Shown here: positions 19,601 to 30,438 of the stretch, in pieces
Numbering within the stretch: position 1 is the first letter of the stretch
How the letters are laid out: each line of letters starts with the position of its first letter
DNA from: Chrysomallon squamiferum
Taxonomy: Eukaryota; Animalia; Mollusca
Assembly (NCBI GenBank): GCA_012295275.1
Contig: CM022672.1
Location: 3,596,001-3,660,000, forward strand
Direction of reading: 5' to 3'
Length of the DNA stretch: 64,000 nt
Notes under the pieces: model-generated
Seen by the model: the letters and a program-made list of their open reading frames with translations, nothing else
What the model was told of the DNA's origin: nothing
Database searches by the model: none
Made by a program: the position numbers and the translations under genes

Positions 19601-22600
19601 CATTTCGGTTGCGCCGAGAACCAGAAGAAACAAATCCTCCAACATGGCCAGCAGCCTTGATGCAGTCACTAGCCAGATATGTCTTCCAGTCAGGTAACTG
19701 TACAAATCCTTTCAAACTAGATACCACATATGTCTTACAATAGGTATCTATTTTAGTACATGTCTTTAAGTCAGGTTTTTATTTACGTATGTGTCTTATT
19801 GTCAGCTATCTATTTAAATCTAACTAGAGGTCATATCGCCATTATTGATATATGTCTTGTAGTAGGTGTCTGTTTAAGTATATGTCTTACAGTCAGGTTT
19901 CTGTTTAATTCTGCATCTTACATTCAGGTTTCTGTTTAAGTATATGTCTTACTGTCAGGTTTCTGTTTAAGTATATGTCTTGCTGTCATTTTTCTGTGTA
20001 AGTATATGTCTTACAGTCAGGTTTTGGTTTAAGTGTGTGTCTTACAATCAGGCTTTGTTTAAGTGTGTCTTACACTGTTACTGTCAGGTTATCTATTTAA
20101 ATCTAACTAAATATCATGTAATCATTTTCCTTACATCCAGCTATTTAAGTTTTTTTTAAACTAGATGCCAGTTAGAGGTTATCTACATTATATTTCTTCC
20201 AGTCAGATACACAAATTCTTATAAATTAGATACTAAATTTCAGTGCTGTCTTTATCCAGAAACATCTTGAATGGTTTCATTATAGTCATTATCACCTGAT
20301 CAGCTGTCAAGTTTTTTTTTAACCTGGATGCCATGTTCATTGTCAGAATGTGTTGTCCTGTTACAGTTTTAGGGTTCTAAGCCTTTTTATTTTTAAATTA
20401 GATACCATGTAGTCTTTTTTATAACCATAAATGCATAATACACATTGCTAAGCATTTGGAAACTAGATTTAATAGCATATGTAAAAAATGAAATATTGTT
20501 GTTAAATACTATAAATCATCAAGAATGACTTTCAGTGAGTTTAAAATTGGTTAAGCTAACTGCCAGTATTTAAATTACAATCACAAACTAATTAAGTACT
20601 CGGACAGCAATTACATCATCAGTATGTCAGCCATGATCTTTTAAGGTAGATTTATCTTTCACCTGAGATCAGAAATAAATACACCGGTAACTTAACCAAC
20701 AGAGATAAGTCTAGTCTGTTGAGAGTCAGTGCAGACGTAACTTAACCTAGCAGTTCGATTCATTGTCTTAGCTATTCAGTCATTCAGAAAACCACAGAAA
20801 CAAACCAGGCCATACAGAGGGGCAACCTTAACATGAATATTAGGTAACTAGTTTTTGGATCATTTCCAAACGCCTTAAATTTGATCCAGGCAGTGTGTGT
20901 CTTCTGTATATGGTTCAGCTTTGTAAGCAATTCAGTTTATTAATAATTTAGTGTGAACGTGACGCTATTGCATTTCAGAAAATTTTAGCATTTTTTTTTT
21001 TATTCATTTATTTGTTTGTTTTTTATCTCTTTGACAAGTTAGTAATTGTGTTTGTAAGCATAGACATATATGTATATGTCTCTGGTTTAAAAAAAATTGG
21101 TGTAGTCAGAACAATATGACATCATTTATTTAAAGGATTTTTTTATAACTTAATATTGCAAATGAAATGAATTATAATACTGTAAAAATTTAAAGAAATA
21201 AATATTTTTAGGATAAAATAATTATTATTAGACATAGCAATATTTAGTTGCTTGTATATTTGTTGCTTTTATGTTTTGCTTTGTTTTGTTTTTATTTATT
21301 ATTATTTTGTCACACTGAAAGATTTACGGTTATACTGAACTGGGTGTTGCTCATTTTGTGGTATTTTTTCCAAATAACAGATTCTTATTTGTAATTAAAT
21401 GATCTTGTAAGAAACTGAATTTTTTGGTAGGGATAAAAAAAAAAACCACAAAATAAAAAAAACAACCTTACATACATACATTCATATAAATATATATGTA
21501 GTTGTTGTGGTTTTGAAAATATCTATCAGGTTATTCCCGAATGTGTATAGTTCTCAGCAGATTGCAGGTGTGTGTGTATTATGAAGAAATAATTTCATGT
21601 GTGCACATTTCAGAAAATGTTTTGTGTAGTGGCGACCACGTGTCGTGGCACACTCCACTGGATGGCAGTGAGTCCCGGGTACAGCACATGCTGATGACGG
21701 AAGATGCACAGCTGCAGCCTATCACAACGTCGTTTGGAGTTGTAAACTTTGTACAGGTACACACCAATATCCAGAACAGTTTCTCACAAATCTCAAGTGT
21801 CACACTTGTTATAAAAACTAGCCGAAAAAAGAAAAAAAAGAAGAAGAAAAAAGCTCAGTGAAGATTTAAAAAAGCCTTTTTAAACCGAAATATTTTAAAA
21901 TTATGTATAAAAAGTAAAGAAAAGAACAATAGAAAATTAATGGTCTGTTTTATAATATCTCAGTTAGCTTTACCTGGATTGGGTCTGGTATTCATCTTAC
22001 AGTTAGCAGGTGATATGTTTGAAAAAAGTGATGATTAAACAAATGTAAATGTGTATTTTTATTGGTCAGTAAAATCTGGGTATAAATATTTATTGGTCTA
22101 TAAAAGCTGAGAATAAATTTTAAATTCAGCCTGGGAGAATCTGACATGTTATTATTTTATAATCCTGCTTACTGGCAAATGTTCAAAAATAAACTCTGTG
22201 TGCATGTGCTTGTGCATGCATGCATGTGTTTACATATGCATGCACTTCACAGAGATTGTACTCAGACCTTTATCTCTCTTTAACTTTACTTTATTTGGTG
22301 TTGCACAGCAAGAAGAAAACATGGGACGGGGGTGTTAAAATGAAGTGAATTTTTAAAAGCTATATTAAAGAAAATATTCTATTTATGACAAATAATTTTG
22401 TTAACTTTCATCCTTAGCTTCATGGTGTCTTACATACTGATTTTTATTTATTTATTAATAACCAGTCAAGCCTTCTAGTTTAAAATCTGACATTAACTAA
22501 ATAAATTTTGAAATATTTCTCACAGATTGTTGGTGTCTGTAGTGAAGAACTGAAGGCTGCACAACACTGGAATGGTCCTGGTGTGATAGAACTGCTTCGA

Positions 22601-22823
22601 TCTAAAGCAGTGTAAGTTTATAACAGCTTTTTACATGTGTGTGTTATGGGCACCATATAGATATAAATACCACTCATACATTTCATGTAAAAGGTAGCAT
22701 TGTATTAGAAAAAATTAAAATTGTAGATTGTTAAATGGATCAATTAAAGTATAGGCTTACATTTTATTTATTTGTATTACAGTTTACAGGACAATTTTGT
22801 TAGATGTTTTCTGATTGTGTTTT

Positions 22824-22867
<44 letters not shown>

Positions 22868-23984
22868 TGGCAATTACTGATATTATTAATTAAATTCTAG
22901 TGCTGGTGGTGCCTGGCTTGTGACAGATATGAGAAGAGGAGAAACTGTGTTTGAAATGGATCCCACCCTTCAGGTTTGTTTTTTCTGAAGAATTATAGTA
23001 ATGTATTTCATGCTGGACAAGAATTGTACACTAAAACACACACTTTTTTTTTTCTTCTTTTAAATACTTAAAAACAGTCCTATAAAAATTAGTCTTTTAA
23101 AATTCATTTTTATGAATGAATGTTTAACAACACCCCAGCATGAAAAATATATCAGCTACTTGATGTCAAACCAAAGGTAACTGCAACAAAATGATTATTG
23201 CTTTATATACAAAAATTCTAAAATGAATTAAAACACAGTGTAAAGAGGAGTTCAAACTCTAAAAGTATTACAGTTTAATTAAATTATAATTTATAGTAAA
23301 ATTTTGTAACATTCAAATTTTTTTTAAACAAGTTCAGAATGGAACTGAAATAATTATTTTGTATTTATTTGACCAAATACACCAGCACTAAAGTTTGGTG
23401 CTGAATCAGGCAGTGTCATTGATGGTGTTGTGTCTGAGGGAAAAACTGTAAAACAAGCTACAGAATTCCAATCCCTTGATCCATCTGTATAAAATCACAG
23501 TATTCATCTTTAATATCCATTAAAAATTGTTTATATACAACAGAATCTGTACAAATTTTCTTCACGCGCGCAAGATCAAACCCAACCTTAGGTGGTGTAG
23601 TAAACCAAGATGGTAAAACAAAATAGGAAGGAGTTTACAAAATGTTAAATCAGTGTTGGAAAGTGACTAAACATACTTAATATGAAGACAGACCATAAGG
23701 ACAATTTCATATATTTCTTGTCAAACACCGTGTTATGTGTAGGATGTGTTGGTAAAGATTAGATCTTTGTAGCATACTGGAGAGAAAGCTTTACATGTCT
23801 AGCACCCAAACAAGGTTTATAGCATCAATATAAAAGCTCTCTACAGATGTTCTAAATGCTCCAAGACAAATGTAAGACCCAGATTGTGTAAACCATTTGT
23901 AAGTAAGACTTATATGCTGACCTATACACAATGCATCCATCTTTAGTGCAGATACACATTTTAATCTCTCTTAGATATAAAAAA

Positions 23985-24025
<41 letters not shown>

Positions 24026-24632
24026 TTTTTCACCATTTAATCTTGTAAACTAATTCTTATGGTTTTGGGGTAAATTTTTTGTTTGTTTTTTAAATAATTA
24101 TCTCTATTTTTTATTTTCTCTCTTTCAGGATCGTGTTGACCATGGCATTGAGACTGAGGGTTCTAATCTCAGTGGTGTGAGCAGCAGGTGCTCATGGGAA
24201 GAGCTTGGCGACTCTGACCGGGAAGATGATGACAAAGAGAACAGACACGTTGAAGGTGACAGACGAGGCAGCAATAGCATGGAAAGAAGACATATTTCAG
24301 ATTTTGGTAATGATTATTTGTTTTTATTTAATAATTTTATGGATTTTAAATCTTTCCTTCTTTATTATTTATTTATATGTTTCAAACTTAGACACTTGTC
24401 AGACCAAACATTTTTAATTATTGGTTTTAGATTTTTCACCTGTTCCTGCCAAGATTAATATTTATTCATATATGTCTGTGTTTGTTAGTTAAATTATTTT
24501 TCTAGAAACCAAATTATTTTCTCTGTAAAAAAATATTCTTTTAAAAACTTAATTTATGGCTTTGTATGTAGAATTCTAGTAACATTATTTTGTGATTTAT
24601 TCTTCATTTTTTTTATGGCAACCAAAAAAGTT

Positions 24633-24665
<33 letters not shown>

Positions 24666-27587
24666 TATTATCTCTAAACTAATTAAATAAAAAACTAGAA
24701 GTCTGTATATTCAAATAGTAATATTTTTGGCTTGCATGGATAATAAAAGCTCTGAAGTACTGAATGGTTAATATTAAATAATAATGATTTGTAAGACATG
24801 TATTAATTTTATTACTTGTATATGTCAATTATAAATTTTGTATTAATACAGTAAAGTAAGAAACAGTAGTTGCAAAAATAGAAAATGAATAAATTATACA
24901 CATCTTTTTTTTTTTCTTTAACTTGAAAGAAGTTACATATACTTAGTTCTTTAAAAACTGAATATTGCTGTTTATACATTCAAATATATAAAAAGTAAAA
25001 TATAAATAATGATGTGAAAATAAGAGAGTAAATATTTATTTTAAACATTTAACTTTATTTATCATCTGATTGCTTCTGGTTGTCAAAAGGAGTAAATTAT
25101 TAATTTATTGTAATTATTTTATTTCCAGAAACAGAACAAATCAAAGCCACCTTGAAAAAAGGTCTTAGTAATACTCGAATAAATATGATAGCAAGATCTG
25201 AGAAAGATAGCGACTCTGAGTAAGTATTTGTCAGTTTGACATGTCACTAGTGACATACTTACTTTAACTTACGTTTTCATTGCACATTAGAATTTATTCT
25301 TATTTTATCACCACAGTGTTATATATTATTACGTTTGAATCATTGAAAAATCATTTGTTATATGTTTATGTTAAATCATTGCAACATTATATTTTATTGT
25401 TGCATATTTTCTATTTTTTTAATTTAATCTTTGCAATATTATATTTATCACATTTTATTCATTTTAAATATTTTTTATGTATATATATATTCTTTCTCAC
25501 TCATCACAGCAATTATGTTTTTGTGCTATGATTAAACATTCATTCCTATGGGCTTTGCATTATATATTAATACAACATTTTTGTTTTGGTTTTTTTAAAG
25601 TAATTTTATATCTTTAACTTTGTCATGATGATGTTGTTTTAACACATCCATATACCATTTTAATTTGAATTTTGTATTAATAATTTGTTTTTTTAACTTT
25701 CTTTTGAGTGTTTTTTTTATATTAGATTTTTATCTGTAAGAGTTATGCTTAGACAAAGTTATCATTAGGTATTTGTAAAATAAACGAATAACATTTGTTA
25801 ATAATAGCCTTATTTAGTCAGTATTAAATATCTGCAAGAACATGAACAAGAAACCTTAGCTCGAGTTAACGTAATGTTTGTTTATTGTTTTCTGTTCAGT
25901 AATCAAAATGCATCACGTAAGGAGTCTTTTGACAGCACAACAAGCTCTGAGGGCCCCACTGAGTTGATACGAACTCGAACTCTTGATGCGGTCCATATGA
26001 AATTTAATCTTGAAGCTGGATCATTAATTCCCCTTGCACTAAGGTAAGTATTGCTGAGTTAGACTACTCAGAAGTTCCCATCAAATATTTCACCCTAGTC
26101 AAAATGATAAAAGACATAAAAGATTCCTTAGTGCTGGTCAGTAAAAAGTTACATGGTTATTTTAGTTGCAGTTTCAGCTTTAAACTTGATGCAACAGCTT
26201 CCATTTGTTTTGTAGAAAACTTAGAATATAACCAGAGTTTTATGAAATGCAAATAGATCTAAAGGAATTTTATATATGAGCATTGGTATGTCTGTTTTTC
26301 TGATTTAGTTGATAATGTAGTGTTTGGAAGATGATCATTTATTATGCTTTACCATTATTATCTTTAGCTAGAAAGTTTTACCATAAAAAAAATTAAAAAA
26401 ATTCTTTGTTACAGGACTTTTTAAGACTTACATTTTGATCAGTATAATGTAATCTTCACTTTCAATGATTTTACAAACATCATTCCAGTTTTATAAAAAA
26501 AAAAAACGTATTATTATTATTTTTTTTTATTTAAAGAGGGAGATTGAAACATGGCCGTCACTTCACTTTCAAGAGCATATTGAATGATGTTGCGATCACT
26601 CTAGTCTCATCCAGTGTCATTGGTTCCATTGCTGATGAAGAACATCCCTTTGCTGCTCATGGCTCCTGGCTTCAGGCAAGCGAAAACTATTTTGTGTTCA
26701 TTATTAAAACCTTTCAGTCATGATAGATCTGATGACACATAATTCCTCTGTCCACTGGTCCTATTTTTGAAAATGCAGTATCCCAGTGAATCATTTCCAT
26801 GACAAAAATAATAATGAGGACCAAACTACTAACACGAGTTCTGGAAATAAGATTTAACAATATTTATGTCACTCTTTCTTTTCCTTTATGACAAATTAGT
26901 TTCAGTGTTTAAATTTGATAATCAGAGTTGGTTTTTTTTTGGTTATAATTATATCGCTGTTTTACAGGTCCTTGTGGAAGATGAATTCATAGATGACATG
27001 TTGCAAGAAATGGAAGAACTGTCTATGCCTGATGATGTGAGTAATTTTTAATTTTGAGTTTATCGTTGCCAGCTCAGCTTTCAGCTTGGTACAACAACTT
27101 ACATTTGTTCTATTGTGCCTAGAGAAATTAGGATATAACAGAATTTTATGAAATGCAAACAGACCTAAGGAAATTTTTAATAGGAGCATTAGTCTGTCTA
27201 GGGATTATGATTTAGTGCAATGTTTGGAAGATAATTTATTATACTTCACCATTATTGTTATTAGTATTTATTTCACATTAAACAATATATAAATTCAGAA
27301 AGTTATTTTATCCTTAATGTAGTGATACTACTGTATCAGAATGTGTCTTATCTTTCACTGAAAGCTTTTACTTCTGTTAGTTTCTTTAAAATAAAAAAAT
27401 TAATAATATTTTTATAATTATTCCTTCTTTGTGTTGTTTAAAAAAATATAAAAAAATAGAAATATTATGTTCACCAGATTCACATAAATTAATGGAAATT
27501 GTTCCTTTATTTTAGGTAAGTTGTCCAAAAACATACAGCTGGCCTGAGAAACGCTTGTGCATTACAATTCTGCCAGATGAAAACTAG
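10616..27587 (+). CDS. SUFU: Suppressor of fused (Hedgehog/Gli regulator), 12 coding exons, about 474 aa; apparent 1-nt deletion at the start of exon 2
   Basis: Exons: 10616-10770, 18805-18938, 19554-19693, 21614-21756, 22526-22611, 22901-22973, 24129-24306, 25129-25219, 25900-26043, 26537-26675, 26968-27036, 27516-27587. Motifs PGLEAIY..LYPNQPNPLQVTALVKYW, GPDPLDYISMY, GPSGFGFELTFRL, GDHVSWH, EGSNLSGVS, GRLKHGRHFTFKS. Exon sum is 1424 nt, one short of a multiple of 3. Confidence 0.95.
13579..13603. promoter_or_regulatory. 25-bp palindrome centred on a perfect Maf recognition element (T-MARE, TGCTGAGTCAGCA)
   Basis: ACCCCATGCTGA-G-TCAGCATGGGGT with 12-bp perfect arms; MARE core at 13585-13597. 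Confidence 0.5.
19677..20100 (+). repeat. About 31-bp minisatellite (consensus AGTCAGGTTTCTGTTTAAGTATATGTCTTAC) in SUFU intron 3
   Basis: Roughly 10-11 diverged tandem units, best conserved at 19870-20060. Confidence 0.85.
22831..22866 (+). repeat. (AAT)12 microsatellite
   Basis: Direct reading. Confidence 0.95.
23112..23180. mobile_element. Probable end fragment of an abundant interspersed repeat (GAATGAATGTTTAACAACACCCCAGCA...)
   Basis: Resembles, from recollection only, the terminus of a common gastropod repeat family. Not verified by search. Confidence 0.35.
26165..26360 (+). repeat. Intronic element, copy 1 (SUFU intron 9), homologous to 27066-27258
   Basis: Shared colinear blocks TCAGCTT, CATTTGTT, TTTTATGAAATGCAAA.AGA.CTAA.G.AA, GAGCATT.GT.TGTCT, TGATTTAGT, TGTTTGGAAGAT, ACCATTATT. 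Confidence 0.8.
27066..27258 (+). repeat. Intronic element, copy 2 (SUFU intron 11), homologous to 26165-26360
   Basis: Same colinear blocks as copy 1. Confidence 0.8.
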
Positions 27588-30438
27588 CCGAAATTACATT
27601 AACTCTTTTTATTTGATTGTGTTGCTATGAGCAATTAAAACATAGTAACAGTGACTGTCGCAAACATTAGAAATCCACCAGTATGAAATTCTTCTGGGAA
27701 ACTCCATTCAGAATGGTATGCTTCAAACAGCCAAGAGAAAACATGCTGTGAGCATGTAACAGACACAGTGCATTTACTTAATTAGTGCAGTGAAGGTTTT
27801 CTGCAATATGATGGAACTTGTTTTGTGTTGAAAGAACAGCTGACTTCTGATCTTCTCTGAAACAAGGATATTTTGGTATCAGATATACATATGTGTGTGG
27901 GTGTATATAATGGATGTTCTAGAAGGTGGACATTTTTGATATAAAAATTGGGAAGTTTTAAACATGAAGCAGAAATCAAGATTCAACAGTTTGACTTGTG
28001 AATGAAAACAAAGTCTGTTAATTCTTTTGATTTGCCAAATGAGCAGCGGTCATGGATTATATTCAGATTAATATTCCAGGGCAAAAATAATCTGCTTCTC
28101 ATGTTCACTTCTCTTAAATAAATAAGGCAATTCAAATGCAGCCCAGAAGGGAGGCAAATTTTTTTTTAAATTTTCCATTTGTCAAGTGTTCAGTCTTTAT
28201 AAAATGGAAAATGAATATTTTTAATAGATTTTATCTTATTTATGAATGTGTAAGTAATATAATGTATTATGTAGCAGTCTGTAAAAAATTCATTTCCTTT
28301 TCTTGCTTTAAAAAGTATCATAAACATTGGATTAGCTTATTTTTTTGGTATAATAGTTTCTAAGTTTTTTAGTTTTTTTAAATTTTCTTTTCTGCATTTT
28401 GAAAGCAGTACAAATTATAGTGCTTTTATTTAAATTGTGAAATGTATTTTAGTGTGTAGCTTACAATGAGGAATCCTTTGAATACAATTTATTTACAAAA
28501 ATATTTCGTATGTTCATGCCACTAGTATAGAAGATCATTTAAATCATAATGTGGAATACCTGTAGCTTTAAATGAAGTGAAAGGATGACAATAAATGTTG
28601 AACAAATTTTTTTTTTTTAGACAGCATAATTCTGTACATTTGTATTTACATACTCATATATTCATCACTTAAAATAAAAACATGCATCTGTATGTTTTTT
28701 GATGTTTCATTAATGTGTATGTAAAATATGAATATATGTATTCGGTCTTGTATTTTATATTATATGCTAAACTGTAACAAGTGCTGAAGGGTTTGAAAGT
28801 CCCATGGAAAACATTTTAGTATTTTTACCAAGCCTTTTTTTTTTTTTTCACTGTTTAACAGATTATTGTCATTTGTAAGACAAAATTGTTCACATTTGAC
28901 TAATTTAAAATTAAAACAGTAGTCCACTACTGAATACAATTAAGAAATATTTAACATTTGTTTGGGTTTTTTTGTGGATTTTTTCAAATAAAATTTTCAA
29001 TCGGTTATTTCATTTCATTAACCTTTTAATAAAAGTAGGCCATGTAACAATGAAAGATTTTTCAAATGTCAAGATAATTTTATTTAAATATTGCATTTAC
29101 TCCATTAATATAATTTTATGCAATTAACCTTAAGACATTGTTGCCAGTTCATTTCACAACTTCTACTCTTAACAGTTTACATTATCAAAGTGAAAGAGAA
29201 AAATGTATTTTCTTTATCTCCTCACCTAATTTCTACCTTTAAATGGCCTGAAATGCCAGTTGTCAGCAATTACCCATCTGGAATGGCAAATTGACAACAG
29301 CAATAAATACCAGGTCTCAGACTATTGTAGGATAAAAATAAAATGTACTTCTGATTATCATGGACTCTGGTGATCAAAGCATAATTTATAGAAAGCACCA
29401 GCACATGTGACATTGGCTGGTTTGCCTTGTTTGTTTGATGATGTATTTTTGCACATCAAGTTATGGGGAGAATATAATAGAATTATAATTGTAAGAAATT
29501 ATTTTATTTTTTAAAATTTATACATATACATACAATGTACCATTGTTAGACAGTTTGATGAATTTTTATGATGGTTGTAGAATGTCAGTGAAAATGTAAT
29601 TTGCAATTTGAATGTGGTATTTAAAAGACAAAACATAATTTAATGCATTTCTAGCTTGATGTTGCATGAATGACATTTTAGTATCCTTTTTTTTTCCAGT
29701 AATGATTGTCATAACACTAATATGTGTTTGATATTTGACATAATGTGCATCAAGCTGTTACATTAAATATTCATATTGACATGTCTTTGTTTTTTATTTC
29801 TTTCTTGTGTTTGGGACTTCATAGGGATTATGTGATAACTGTTTGTTTATAAGAATGCTTTAAAAAAGCTGCAGAGAAATTCTTTTCTAGACAATTAAAA
29901 AAAAAGAAAAAAAAAAACAACAAATATAAGTAACAAAAACAAACCATTATTTTATTTTCACGTTAGTAATTATTTTCACATGTCAGCAACAAGAAAAAAA
30001 GCAGTTAACATTCTGTAAATGATTATGATAAATGTACAGATAAAAGTCTCTGTAGGAACAAAATATTTCGATACAGCTTTAAAGTATTACAATTAACAGA
30101 CATCACATTTTATTAATGAAATGGTTAAGTAAATGATTTATTTTTTCTTGAATTACAAAATTAAGCTGCTTTCACTGCTTTGTTAACAGAATGCAAAAAT
30201 AATAGGAAGAAAGTGAAGTAAGAGAAGAAGTCACCACAGATATCAAAATATCAAATCATCAAAACATCTAACATGATCTGAAATTGTATTTTTAATTATG
30301 TTCAGATTTAAAGGCCACATTATTAAACTTGTTTCCTGAAAATAATTCAGTATATAGATTTTATGTTTCTGGTCTCTCCATTTATCATGCTCTGGACTGG
30401 ATTTATAATGTACTTTCCAAATCTTACACTTGATCACT

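Noticed and set aside
20641-20878. TTAA-GG...CC-TTAA bounded Kolobok/piggyBac-like element
   Set aside because: The inverted match does not extend beyond a few bases.
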